Positions 46,761 through 59,659 of a DNA stretch of 64,000 nt are shown here, in pieces. How positions within the stretch are numbered: position 1 is the stretch's first letter; each line of letters opens with the position of its first letter. Under the pieces are notes generated by a model. That model was not told the DNA's origin, did not search any database, and saw only the letters and a program-made list of their open reading frames with translations. The stretch spans positions 59,708,001 to 59,772,000 of the forward strand of contig NW_024704743.1 in NCBI RefSeq assembly GCF_018977255.1. Direction: 5' to 3'. Both the position numbers and the translations under genes were made by a program. This stretch comes from Callorhinchus milii. Taxonomy: Eukaryota.

Positions 46761-49566
46761 ATAACAATCCTTGCATTTGATATAGCGCCTTATCATGTTG
46801 TTTAGACATTTCAAAGCACTACACAGAATATACAGTAAAGTGTAGTGACTGTATTTTGTGGGCGAATGTATGTAATTCTATACTGTCACATTAACAACAG
46901 CCATGCATTAGAGCTCAGGAAGGGTGGTCCACTGGACTCGTTTAAAAAACAGCTTGATGCCGTGTTGGGAGAACAAGAGGGTAGGTATTTTGGTTGGGTG
47001 AGATCAGAATGGCTTTCTTCATCCACAGTAATCTTGTGATTTCACAGGAATACCAGCAGTTAAGTGTGACTGCTGAGGTTCAGCCTACACCTATTCAAAC
47101 AATCCCAGCGCTGAGTTTTCATATGTTGGGATCAAATTTGAATTGATGAGAATTAATCTTCATCATTGACATTTTTTCTTTCCTGTAGATGTTCAATATT
47201 CATACATTGCTGGTTTCAAAGAAAAGTTGTATAGCAAGTGAGGGAATTATGCTCAACCTCATGTTTCATTTTAAATAGGTTGCTTGATGCTGCCAGTGCT
47301 ATATTATGATATTAAAATTGTCCAGTTTCATTGGGAGCAGAACCTACATCCGACATTACAAGTAACGTGGTGACTGAGACTGAGCAGGTTAATTTTAATA
47401 TTGCACACATTTAAGTAATTAATCTTTCTTTGAAGATTTTTTTAAAAAAAACTTATGATTGTTGTTTTATAACCATATCAGTTTTGTGTCTCTTTGTTTT
47501 TTTTGAAAAATGTATCGGGTAAAGACTTACATGTGGACACTGTCACGTCTTTGTGCATTCAGAGTTCAACTTGAGGCAGCCTTTTCACATTCAGGGGCTC
47601 TGACAGTATAATTTGTAACTAAAGTTTTTAAATTTGGTTATATAAGCTGAACGGATATCCGATGCAAGCCAAACACTAGACAGTGGCTTCAGAATCAGCT
47701 CCCACAAAGTATATCGATCTATCAATGGTTGGTTTTATTTTTAAATGTACAAAAGCCTCATATTTCACCCCATGAACCAGCCTACGGTAAAACGTCCCAG
47801 GATTGCTAGATTTGCTATCAGCAAGTCTACATTCTTACCACTAATACATTTTCCCTATTACGCTTTTTTGACTGTGAGAAAAACATTAGTGGATTCCTGC
47901 TGGTGCCTTCAAGATGAGAGGGTGCACATGGCTCTGAGTTTCTCAATGAAGACCTCTTTGTCCACTATTTTCCTGAGGGCACATGTACTGTGAGGGGCCA
48001 TGACAGGTTCTGTTATCAGGCAGACATTTCAATTTCAGCGACAATCACCTCCTTCCAAAAAACATTTTTCCTCATTATGTCCATTTTCTGGAAATTCAAC
48101 AGTGAAAGGAAAGGAAATTGGGCTTCACATTTCCTTATATGAAACAATTCCCTTCCTCCACCCCCCAAAAAAATAAAACTGGAACTACCTATTGGCAGTC
48201 AATAGGCCAGATTCTCTTTGAGATTTTAGACTAATACGCCTGTAGTGATATGCACTTGTGATAAAAAGGGCCCGTACAAACAAAATTAATGCACAAGAAA
48301 GTTACTTCACTTTTATGGAATGTGAGGAATTTCTGGGAGGGGGGGCTTAATTAGCACGGCAGGAAACAAAACAGTGCTTGAATAAAAACTAGCAGGAGGA
48401 AAAAAAATGTCTGGTGATACTTCTGCTCCTTCCTCTATGCTAACCTGCAGTCTCAGAAACTGAGTAAAAACAACAGGGAGACATACAGGACCACAGCCAA
48501 TGATCACTGGCCCTTTGGTGTGGAATTCCAAAGGGCAGCTAACAGCGAGGACCCCTTCGTAACCTGTGTCATCCTCAATTTCTGGCAACTTGAATAACTT
48601 AAGACAGACCCCACAATCTGCGATGCATGCCCGCACTTTGTTTGCTCTCAAATCACACTGACAGTTTTATGCCGGCCTATCATCATCAGGCATGGATCAG
48701 TTAGCAAAATCTGTAAAGCAGGGGGTACAACATATGCATTTCACTTTGATCAATTTTATTAATGTCCATATATTGCAGAAAGTAGTAACTTGTAAACTTT
48801 CAAATGCGGTACAATTTCCTATCGTAGGTCAGGCTTCCATTAGCCTGCTTTTAAAAGTTTGCCAGTGCATAACATACACCCCTTTTCAGCTTACTGTCGG
48901 GTGAATGATACACCTGACTTTTAAGAAAAAAGGGGTCTGCAACAGCCAGCAGGAAGAAGTGCACAATTACAGCATTCCTTTGAAGTAGAATAGACTATTT
49001 TGGCATGCACATGTACTGTGTAACCTTGGTAACTGGATATTCTTTTGAAAACAAAAATAGTGCAAGAAATAATGATGCACGTTTAAAAGGAATACATCCA
49101 ACAAAACATGTTCTGGTTTACCCTTTACAAACATTGTATTTGGTAATGCTTTTTACAGCAGTTAGTGCGAAATGGGAAAATAGTTTTATGCTTTCTACTG
49201 AAACTAGCTTATTATTCATTTTCCTTGCAACCATTAACAGCCATTAAAAGCATGAGATGTCATCCAATCCAGGCAAGATTTGAACTCGGGTCCCAAAGGT
49301 GAAAGGTCAGTGTTCTGCTGCCACGTTCACAATTTGTAAGTTTACATGTTACTACATCCTGTATTTTATTTAATAAAATTGATTAAAATTAAAGGATTGC
49401 TCAATCCTCTTACTTTACAGATTTTGTCAACTGAATTCAAAATTGATTGCTTTTCTTGGCTTAAGATAGTGCAATAAATAGAGCTTGTGTCACTGGCAAT
49501 TTTTTTCTGGTCTTTTTTCCACTTATCTTTCAAAGACAGGGTGTGGTGTCAATCTTGTGTGGTGTG

Positions 49567-49850
49567 TGTCAGCCTTGCTCAATTGGGAGCACTCTCACCT
49601 CTGAGTCAGAAGTCTATGGGTACAAGTTCTACATTGAGACTTCAAACTCATTTAGTCCATGCTGATACAGCGATGCAGTGCTGGCCTGTGTGCTGCACTG
49701 TTAGAGGTAACATCCTTCAGATGAGATGTTAAACCGAGGTCCTGTCTGCCTGTTCTGGTGGACATTAAAGATCCCATGACAATATTTTAAAAAAGGAGGG
49801 AGTTTATTCCGAGTGTCCTGGCCAATAATCCCACAAATAAAATGGGTCCA
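49567..49850 (+). mobile_element. Deu-domain SINE family B
   Basis: CTCACCTCTGAGTCAGAAG head and GATGAGATGTTAAACCGAGG core. Confidence 0.85.
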
Positions 49851-49984
49851 TAAAATTTTGTGCAATCTTAAATTGTAAGGCAAAATTGTCTTTCAGGGGA
49901 AGACTAGGTGGATTTTTGCTTCAGAACTTTGTCAGTTCATGTCACAGTTTGTGCTGCATTAGCTGATCTCATGGATGTTTGTGC

Positions 49985-50085
49985 GGATGTTTGAGTTGGC
50001 TGTGTGCCTCCCATAGTTGAATCACCTGCTGGACACTCACTGTCAAGGCTCAAACATAGCCACTGAGATGCCTGGCACCGGTGTT
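49985..50085 (+). mobile_element. Ancient MER131-like SINE remnant (related pieces at ~44855-44900 and ~61320-61372)
   Basis: GACACTCACTGTCAAGGCTCA, CATGAAGAATGGCCACTT and AAATCAACCAGG...CTATCCAATGA.CTCTGCTGGAAA resemble my recollection of that consensus. Confidence 0.4.
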
Positions 50086-50804
50086 GGAGACACCTGAAAC
50101 TCAAGGAACTTACAAAGAATGTACAGCACAGAAACAGGCTATTGCGATCCAACTAGTCGTCCGTGCTGGTGTGTATCCTCCAGATGATTTATTTGTTAAT
50201 GCAAATTACAAACAAACATATCTACTAACTTAGACATATTTCATGTCCCCAGCCCCTCTGCTACACCACTGAAGAGTGAGCTTTCAGCTATGTTGACCCT
50301 GCTCTCTAGAACTCACTCCCTAAATCCCAATATAGTTATGTTTTACACTCTCCCTGCTTTCAAAATGTTTATAAAAACCTACCTCTTTGGATATGCCTTT
50401 GGTGACCTCTCTCTTATTCCCTCCCCCCCATCTTCCACTCTGTTCAGTGAAAGGTGCTAAAAGGAGCAGGTAGTTGATACTGTTTTTAGAAACAGAATTA
50501 TCCAATGGGCAACACTGACAGAGAATGTATTCCATTCATACTTGCAGGTTTTCAGTCTTCATCCATTTTAGAATCAAACAGTCCCTGCTGATTATTCATA
50601 AACCCATAGAACCATACTACTACTACTAAATACTTCCTCACATTTGGTGTAGCGCCTTTCATGCAGAGTTCCCATAGCGCTTCACGGTAAAATACAGTCA
50701 CTGTGTAGATCTTTTGTGTGGGCAAATGCAACAAAAACTTGCTAAGTTTTTTGAACAGTGCCATGGGATCTTTAACATCAACCTGAAAAAGCAGATGGGG
50801 ATTC

Positions 50805-51495
50805 AACAACAGCAACTTGCATTTATATAGTGCCTACACGCCGGATGGCATCTCTGAGCACTTAACAGTTGAGGAGCACGATGCCAAGCCAGGGGAAGGG
50901 GAAAGGTGACCGTAGGCATGGTCGATGATTGACATCTTCAAGCACAACCTGAAAATGGAGAAGAGGTGGCAAGGCAAAGGGACTGAGGGAGAGAATTCCA
51001 CAATTTCGGGGCATAGTGGCTGAAAGTACGGCCGCCGATGGTTGGGAAGAGGGTCTGGGGAACAAGGAGGAGGCCGGAGCTAGTCAAGCTGAGGCAGTGG
51101 GTAGTAGTTTAGGGAGAGAGTAGGTTGGAGATATAGGGGGAGAGATAGTGAATGCTTCTTCCCTCATAAAAGGATCTAAAACAATGAAATATGATTATAA
51201 AGTCAGAACCAAGTGACCTGAAAAAATTGTGAGATTATCAAATACACTGCCACAAAAGGCTGCAGATGCGGAATTGATTAGGATCAATTCTTTGGAAACT
51301 TTGGAACTAGATAGGTGGGTTCCAGTGGTCTCTTTTGTTCCGAGTGAAGGGATTTGAATACAAGAGTGAGGATTTTGAAATTGATCTGATCTGTGACAGG
51401 GAGCCAATGGAGTTTGAGAAGGATTGGGGTAATTGAGATACGGAGTTTAGTGAGGGTGAGAATGCGGGAGTTTTGAATTAGTTGAATTTTGCAAG
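50805..51495 (-). mobile_element. L2 LINE 3' fragment carrying a ~200-bp templated insertion
   Basis: (AAC)n tail near 50805 and IQLIQNSRILTLTKLRISITPILLKLHWLPVTDQINFKIL at the right end. Interrupted at 51143-51341. Confidence 0.8.
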
Positions 51496-51504
51496 TAGTG
51501 GAAC

Positions 51505-51672
51505 AGTTTACTGTCACATCTGAAGGACGGCATCTCCAACAATGCAACCTCCCCCCCCACCCCCAGTACTGTATTGGAATGTCAGCTTGGAATATATGAG
51601 TTCCAAGTCTCGATTTGTGGCATGATTTCTGACTCAGAGGCAAGAGTACTACCAATTGAGCCAGGCTGACAC
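51505..51672 (-). mobile_element. Deu-domain SINE family B 5' part
   Basis: TTCTGACTCAGAGGCAAGAGTACTACCAATTGAGCCAGGCTGACAC is the reverse complement of the family B head. Confidence 0.8.
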
Positions 51673-52179
51673 ACATCCATAGAACTATAGTAAGCAGTAG
51701 ATGGCTATTCAGCACATTTTATCCTCTATTTTATTCTCAGAGTCTTGTAGAACAAATGATCAATCACGATTTGGGTTATTTTTAAACTTTGGAACTAGAT
51801 AGTAGACTCCAGTGGTCTCTTTTGGTCCTAGTCTATGACGTATATGTATGTTGCTCGATGCAATCGGTGAGGTTGGTTACTACATGTTACTTCCTTTTAT
51901 TTACATGTAAAAGTAAATAAAGGGTACACTTTGTACTTTTACTCAATGGATAACTATTTATGCAACATATTATTAAAGCGGTCACTGACATCACAGACTC
52001 ATAGTTATGGCAGGTAAATGTGTCAAACCAAGAGGTCATGAGGCATAAATAAATTGGTGCAAAGTGTTTTGAAGTACCACTAAGAAACAACTGAGAAAAG
52101 ATCTGTAAGACACACATGATAAAATAAATAAAATAATAGGTTGAGAAGACAATCTTGAAGTATGTTAACAGCTAGTTTG

Positions 52180-52705
52180 CCAGTTCAGATAGCAGTTAAA
52201 AAGTCAAACTGAATCCTGGGCTTTATAACAAGACAGCAGGAATCCTAAACTAAGCGAGAGCTTTCACATTTGCATAGAGTGCTGGTTAGATCTCATCTGA
52301 AGCATTGTGTTCAGTTTTGGTGCCTAACCTTTGGAAGTAGTTACTGGTTTTAGAAAATATCCAGTGACTATTCGCCAGATTAATAGGTGGTTGATGAGGC
52401 ATTTGTCCTATATTCTTCAGAGCTGAGCAAAGTAAGGAGTGATATGATTGAGGTGTTAAAATAATAAGGGGAATTGACAGACTAGATAGTGAATGTTTCT
52501 TCCCTCATAAAAGGATCTAAAACAATGAAATATGATTTTACAGTTAGAACCAACTGACCTGAAAAGGTTGTAAGATTATCGAATACATTGCACGAAAGGC
52601 TGCAGATGCGGAATTGATTGGGATCTTTAAATGGAGATAGATACATACGGGAAGTAATGGTATTAAGGGATATGGAGAAAAGGCAGAGAAATGGGATGAG
52701 AAACT
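52180..52705 (+). mobile_element. CR1 LINE 3' fragment, old
   Basis: AVKKSN*ILGFI...LVRSHLKHCVQFW..., then GDMIEV and TAAGGGATATGGAG. Confidence 0.8.
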
Positions 52706-52869
52706 CTATTCTACACCGTGGAGGAGAGTATTAATGTCAGATTCCTAGACACATGTATATATAAGGGAGGGATGGGGGAGCCAAGTCAGCCAAATTTGGC
52801 CAAGTCTGGACACCACCCCCCACCAAATCCTTTGACCTTAGCTCTACTGGATGAAAGCTTTACTATCAA

Positions 52870-53160
52870 AGGTATTGCTCTTCAGATGAAATGGTAAACT
52901 GAAGTCCTGTGTGCTTGTTCATGCAGATGTTAATGATTCCATTATATGATTTGAAAAGAGAGTTTCTCCTGATGTCCAGGCCAATCCCCTAAACGGGCCA
53001 CTTCATGGCTGTTTGTGGAATCTTGCTGTGTGAAATTTGTTTCCTGCGTTCACCTACACAATACACAATCACTTCACTTTACAGCAATAACTTGTGAGAG
53101 CACTTTGAGTTGAGATGTTTCGATATTATAGACACTATATCAGATGAAAAGAATATTATT
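52870..53160 (+). mobile_element. Deu-domain SINE family B, 5'-truncated
   Basis: Degenerate Deu core and tail. Confidence 0.65.
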
Positions 53161-53459
53161 GTGACAATAGCATCTCCGATATGTGTGACACGGGGCTCTG
53201 AGAGACCTTAACTTTAATGGAAGCCAAAGTCTCATGGCTCAGCATGATATAAGTAGGGTGTCCTTGGAGGAGACACACTTTATGACTTGATGCCCCATTT
53301 ATGTTGTTGTTGTTCCAATAAGCGCTTTTTTAACCTGTTGCCTTAAAGTGCAATAAACATATGACACATAGAGCATTACCCCGGCTGTGCAAATACAATA
53401 CACACCTCTTTGAGAATAGATCGTTTTCAAACGTCGTTTTTCTCAAATGTGCAGTATTT

Positions 53460-53572
53460 CCGCGTTCGCCCACAAATATACAGTCAATTCACTTTGCAGT
53501 ATGTTCTGTGAAGCGCTTTGGGACGTCCTCCCGACGTGAAAAGCGCCATATCAAATGCAAGGATTATTATTA
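53460..53572 (+). mobile_element. SINE family A 3' fragment with an L2-type loop
   Basis: AAGCGCTTTGGGACGTCCTCCCGACGTGAAAAGCGCC...(ATT)n. Confidence 0.88.
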
Positions 53573-53594
53573 CACAGGAACAGCATATTTCAGT

Positions 53595-53770
53595 AATCGT
53601 TAGGGAAAGCTAGATAGTTACATGAGGGAGAAAGGAATAGAAGGTTACCCTTATAGGCTTAGTTGAGGAAGGGCAGGAGGAGGCTCATGTGGCGCATAAA
53701 CACCGGCATAGACCGGTTGGGCCGAATGGCCTGTTTCTCTGCTGTATATTCTAATGTATTCTAATGTTAT
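53595..53770 (+). mobile_element. CR1 LINE 3' end, young
   Basis: GGGAAAGCTAGATAG...GGCTCATGTGGCGCATAAACACCGGCATAGACCGGTTGGGCCGAATGGCCTGTTTCT with ATTCTAATGT repeats. Confidence 0.88.
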
Positions 53771-54778
53771 AAAGTGCAAAAATTGCTAGTTATTGACTAA
53801 ATAGCAGAAGCATGAAGTGCGGACCCCTTTGAAGTCAGATTTGCCACTATTGTTTACTCATCACATAGCATATCAGATCAATCAAACCAAACTCCTTGTT
53901 CAAAGGAACTGGCGACATCATTACTTGCTCATTTAATATTTTCAGTATGGCAGAAGGTAAATACATTTGCAATAGATTGCCAATAAACATACTTATCTTT
54001 ATCCATGTGTGTTGCTGCAATGGAGTATCAATGTTGGTGTCAGGTTAACACCCACCACTATTGGAACAATGAGACTCAAAACAATTGCCACATGTGGCAT
54101 CAGAGACCTGTGTGCTTCATGGACTCAGCCCAGTGACTGTTGTCTTAACATTTAAGATCGTGAAAAATACTTCAATTCAGTCTTAACCTGGAAGTCATTC
54201 TTCTGCAGTTATTGAAATAAACAACAGAAAACAAGCATCACATTTAAGCTGGAATTTAAGAGTTATTCATGTCATTACATCTTAGATTATCCGAAATGCT
54301 GTAGATCATGAAAACTTAAAATGGTAGTCTTGAATCCAAGTCCAGGAGAAATGTCAGGCACCTGACCTCACACATTGTCTGCATCTCATCAAGTCAGATG
54401 TTTTTCCCAGTCCAGGGCTTTATTAAACAATTTTGCTACCTAAACAATAGTTTGTAGTCCTGGACTTGAATAAAAATGCATTAAACTAACAGAACCTCAT
54501 TTGTATTGCCAGTGCCAAGCAATATTCAGTGGTTTACGTATCGTAAATTGCATTGTTCTCTTTCATGGAGTCTCTATCTGCATAATACTCCACCAATCCA
54601 ATTAGATTTTAAGAGGTTTATACTGTTGCTGGTTTCTGCACATTTTCCAACAGTTACAATGTACCCAGATCCAAACGGAACCCAAAAAGCAATGTATTAT
54701 CAGTCTGGAAGAATGAGACATTATCTTGAAATTTGAGCTAAGTTGTTGAAAAGGTCAATTTTTTCACAGAAACATTTG

Positions 54779-55092
54779 TGGAGTCCTGTATCTCAGTGGT
54801 TAGAGCACTCGCCTTGCAAGTGAGACACATGGGTTCAATTCCAGGCAGGACGAAACCTTGGGCAAGTTTCCTTACTCCACACACCTAATAATAATCCCTC
54901 CAAAACAAAAAACAATAATAAATTGGTCATTTTCAATCCACGACTGTCTGTGGGACACTGCTGTGTGCAATTGGCTGCCGTGTTTCACCCACAAATATAC
55001 AGTCAATTCACTTTACAGTGTATTCTGTGAAGCGCTTTGAGACGTTGGGAAGACGTGAAAAGCGCTATATCAAATGCAAGGATTATTATTAT
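54779..55092 (+). mobile_element. SINE family A (short form)
   Basis: Full-length homology to the other short-form copies. Confidence 0.93.
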
Positions 55093-56072
55093 TTGTTTTG
55101 CAGCCCCTTGTGAGATACGACAAAGGGTGGCTGATGGAGCAAGAATTGGGAACCCAGTTCACCAGAAATCCTGAGTAACATCTTTTTGGTGACAGTTTTG
55201 TTGTGTACCGTTTTCATAAGCACAAAGCACCATCAGTAAGAGTACGATTCTGCATTGTCAACAACAAACTACTGTACCATAGTATTTATTTCCTTCATAA
55301 TAATACATTGGAGGAAATCTATTAATTAGTTAAACTACAATAAATGACATTTATATAGCACTTTTCACATCAGAAGGATGTCCCAAGGCACTGAAATATT
55401 AATTCCATCTAAAGGCAAAGACTTGTCTCAGGATTTCATCTTGTGCAAATCTCTTTTGCTGAGCTCCACTTCACAGTCTTCAATATAAGGCTTTGTTACA
55501 ACAGCATCAACTAATCCTTCTGAAAATCTCACAACAATGATGTGCTCAACAAAGATCAAGTCATATGGTGTGTTAAACAGGAGAGAAGATGGAGAAACTT
55601 GGAGGCCTTAAATATAGCTTCCAGTATTGCTTCATAATGTACTCTCAGTGGGAACACATGAGCAATGTCAGAAGCCAATCCAGCAACGCAGCAGTGCTCT
55701 TTGCTGTTGCACTATGAGTACTGTAATTAACTGGGATATAGGCTATATACGGGATAAGATTGCAGAATGACTCAGTGCTGACACAGGAGGCCATTGGAGT
55801 ACACATTTTGTGACAGCAGCCTGCTCATGAGGTACTCCACATCCACACACTGACTCCCATTTGAGATTAGAGCTGCCATCTCTCAGGGGAGTGAGTACAG
55901 TGATGTCAACACTTGTGTTAGCATAACAATTCATTGAAATTGTACAGGAGTTAAAATTAACCTGCACCTGTTTGAAATGACAAGAATAGGCCGTGCCTTT
56001 TTGCACTGAATACTCCTGGGCCTCTGGATAGGGCTCCCACACCTGTCTGAACTGAATGCCTGTACAGGAAGA

Positions 56073-56285
56073 CAACAACAACAACAAGATTCCATTTATA
56101 AAGCGCCTTTCACGTCAGGAGGACGTCCCAAGGCGCTGCACAGTTGGGTCATGACCCGAGCAGGGGGGAAATGGTCAGGGTGAGGGGAGGGAGCGAGGAG
56201 GGGGGAAATGGTCAGGGTGAGGGGAGGGATGGGAGGGAGCGAGAAGGGGGAAGAGAGTCGAGAGGGAAGCTGAAGGCTCGGTCAA
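56073..56285 (-). mobile_element. L2 LINE 3' end with an internal ~37-bp tandem duplication
   Basis: (AAC)n tail and AAGCGCCTTTCACGTCAGGAGGACGTCCCAAGGCGCTG. GGGGGGAAATGGTCAGGGTGAGGGGAGGGA occurs twice. Confidence 0.88.
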
Positions 56286-56287
56286 AG

Positions 56288-56624
56288 AGTGCTTTGAGAT
56301 GTCTCAAAGCACTTCACAGAATACTGTAAAGTGAATTGACTGTATATTTTGTGGGTGAAATGCGGCAGCCAGTTTCCACATCACAATATTCACGAAAAAG
56401 TCATGGATTGAGTGACAAATTTTTATTATTATTTTATTAGTTTTTAATAATTACCCACGGAAAGTGATCTGCGAATCGACTAATAACTGTGTTCCTATTT
56501 ACTGCTGATAAACAGAGGAGTTTGGAGTAAGGAAACTTGCCTAAGGTTTTGGCCTGTCTGGGAATCGAACCCAGGTCCTCTCGCTTGCAAGGTGAGTGCT
56601 CTAACTACTACACTACAAGACTCC
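56288..56624 (-). mobile_element. SINE family A (long form), tail truncated next to L2
   Basis: Homology to the other long-form copies. Confidence 0.88.
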
Positions 56625-57685
56625 TCACTGTTAGGCACAGGATGGTAGGAGCCAAGACTTGGGGCCCCCAGACTCTGTGTTGGATCTTGCCACTCCTCTT
56701 GATACCAACCCCACAGCTCGAATGCTAACCCTTCATTGTCCAATGCCTTGGGATGTCCTCCCAATGTGAAAGGCACTATATGAATGCAATTTGTTGTTGT
56801 TGGGGTACTTCTGGAGTCTAACCAGCTAAAACCACATAGTTTGCTACTGAGAGTACTGCCTGTCCAGCTGGCAAAACCTTACCCATTAGGGCTTTGCTTG
56901 AAGGGTTAACAGGAACTGTATGGGAAAAGTCCCTATCCCCAGTGACTGGTCTGCTCTTCCAAGTCCTGCTAGTGAGCCAGGCTGACTGTGCTGTCACCAT
57001 CAGTGACCTGGACTACTGCAGACCAGCCTGGTTCAGGAACTGGACTACTGCCACTGCCACAGAGGGTAGGCTCGATTCCGACATTCCGTTGCCAAACATG
57101 TCACCTTGGAGTAATTTCAGCTCCAAGGAAACCCCACTTAGCTTCCACCAAGGAGGTTAGTCATTAGTCATCCAACAAGTGTGGGTTTGAGCCCTAGGTG
57201 GATAGTAGGTACCAGGAACTCCTTATGAGCTTCCCGTTGGGCAACGCAACTCAGTATGAAATTTGTGAGAGCATTGCCCTCATCTTCCTGTCTGCAGCTC
57301 AAACACATTTCCTTTCCCATTGAGCAATAGTCCCACTAGTTGGAGGTGTGGAGTTTAAGCAGCAGCTGCTTACCTCTCTGCAGGTCAATCAAGGATTCCA
57401 GGCGCTGGAAAGACAAACACGTGTTCACAAACTTGGACTCCGGGTAACACCTTCCAGCAGCTGTCAGCCCAAGCCTCAGAGTTTCCTCATCAGCTATCTA
57501 GTGGACATCTACCTTCAGTGTGGAGGGAGGACTGTTACAAAACAGCTTGACTTACCAGCCACCTTCGATGTTCTCAAGGTCCAAGTCCAATATTACATAC
57601 CTGTCTTACTCAGCACCAGCTGCTTAATCCCCTAATCCAGGTCCTTATGTGAGGGGTTTTGGCAAATAAATGTGCCCATTGTAAA
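56625..57685. repeat. Unclassified dispersed repeat U, copy 5, interrupted by an L2 tail (~56681-56801)
   Basis: Colinear with 16200-17080. The insert ends ...GTGAAAGGCACTATATGAATGCAATT(TGT)n, with a GTTGG-like duplication at the junctions. Confidence 0.85.
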
Positions 57686-58451
57686 GCCAGCTCCACCTCC
57701 AGGGTACTTAGCGACAGGTCAGTGTAGGCCTCCCTCCCTGCAGCGGGCCCTGTGTTTGTTACAAATCCACCTCACTGCTTGATCCTGGACTTTGTAAATG
57801 GGCCGGAGGAAGCCCCACCACTGGATTCCTGGAGCAACTCTCCTGCCGAATGAGCATGTCTGCTACTTTAGATAATGTATCCCACCTGGGGCAATTTTTC
57901 ATTGGGAAATCTAGTCACATGGAAGTAATCAGCCCCAGCAGGAAGGCCAAACCATGGAGTAAAATGGCAATGTTACAAGCTAAATATCTCCACAGCACAA
58001 GAGAACACTATTCAAAACACTTTGCAGACAATATTGGTTTCTGTGTAAACCACTGAAATTTTTTTCTAAATACTGAAGAGCTCCTCTTAAGAAGATGAGG
58101 CTTCAAGTCAGAATATAGAATCATAAAAGTGTTGCTTTACAGAAGGGAGCTATTGAGCCCATTGTGTCTGTGCTAGTGTTATCTGTTTTTCTACAGTATT
58201 TTTTAATGAATCCCACCATCCAGCTCTCTCCCATTGTCCAAATGAGGGATGTAAATATGAGATGGCAAACATATTCATGACAAATCTGGATGTTATTACT
58301 GTCAAATATCCATACCACAGAAGAGCAAATTTGACAAGATTTTTTTTATTTTCCATATAATATTTTCTCCATTCATTTTAAGGTACTAAGTTAGAGCTGA
58401 TACTTCTCTGAATTATTATTTCCCTTCAAGCTGCAGGTGAAGTTATTTCAT

Positions 58452-58900
58452 GGAATCATAGACTATTACAGCACAGAAGGAGGCCATTTGGCCCACCATG
58501 CCTGTGCTGGCTCTTTGGAAGAACTACCCAATCAAGTCACTCTCCCCATACTTTTTCCTTTTCAACTATTTATCTAATTCCCTTTTGAAAGTTTTTATTG
58601 AATTTGTTTCCACCACTCTTTCAGGCAATGCATTGCAGACCATAACAACTCTACATTTAAAAACAATTCTCCTCATCTCCCCTCTTATTCTTTTGCCAAT
58701 TATCTTGAATCTATGTCCCCTGGTTACTGACCCACTGGCAAGTGGAAACAATTTCTACCTATCTACTCTATCAAAACCCCTCATAATGTTGAGCACCTCT
58801 ATTAAATCTCCCTTAACATTCTCTGCTCTAAGGAGAACAATCCTGGCTTCTCTAGTCTCTAGTCTCTCCACATAACTAAAGTCCCTCATCCCTGGTACCA
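58452..58900 (-). mobile_element. CR1 LINE 3' fragment
   Basis: ORF MFPLASGSVTRGHRFKIIGKRIRGEMRRIVFKCRVVMVCNALPERVVETNSIKTFKRELDK. Confidence 0.93.
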
Positions 58901-58917
58901 CCTATTATGGTTGCATT

Positions 58918-59135
58918 ATAATAATATAATAATCCTTGCATTTGATATAGCGCTTTTCACATCTTCTCGACGTCTCAAAGTGCTTCACAGAGTAGACTGT
59001 AAAGTGAATTGACCGTATATTTGTGGGCGAAACGCAGCAGCCAATTGTGCACAGCAGTGTCCCACAAACGGTCGTGGATTGAAAATGCACTCCCTTGCAA
59101 GATGAGTGCTCTAACCACTGAGCTACAGGACTGCA
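58918..59135 (-). mobile_element. SINE family A with an internal deletion
   Basis: Head joined directly to the Deu-like 3' body. Confidence 0.88.
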
Positions 59136-59659
59136 CGAGCTACAGAACTCCACATTCACCCTGCCTTATACACACACATATATATAAATAATTAAGGATT
59201 GCTTGAATGGCTCTGTGGGTGTAAATTTGTGGCATTAAATAAAGGCTTCCTGTTCATGTGACATGCATTTGCAGTTGTGACAGAGTACTGGGAAAACTTT
59301 CCTCCAGATTCATACAGTGGTGAATGTGCACAGATCAGTATAGTAAGAGATGTATTCTATGCGCTGAGGCACAAGAAAATATAAACCTTGCAGATAGCAA
59401 AGAAAGTAACTTTTAGCACGGACCAATTTTTCTTTTGTGGAGCTACCATTGCCAACACATGATATTGTAAACATAAAAGATTATTATTCTGGCTCAGATT
59501 GCCAGAAAACAGAATTTAAAAGACCACTGTCCCCTCTACCAGTGATTAAAACAAGATTAATGTTTAATCATCCTTCATTGTCAGCATTTAGTTTGGGTTG
59601 AGGGTGTACATATCTGTCTTTACATTCCTCCATATCTACGCAATGATTCTCAGGCTTAT

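Noticed and set aside
48313..48651. 112-aa minus-strand ORF as an exon
   Set aside because: No recognisable homology or convincing splice structure. The region is better explained as non-coding regulatory sequence.
55743..56087. 114-aa minus-strand ORF
   Set aside because: It starts in an L2 (TTG)n tail and shows no recognisable domain.
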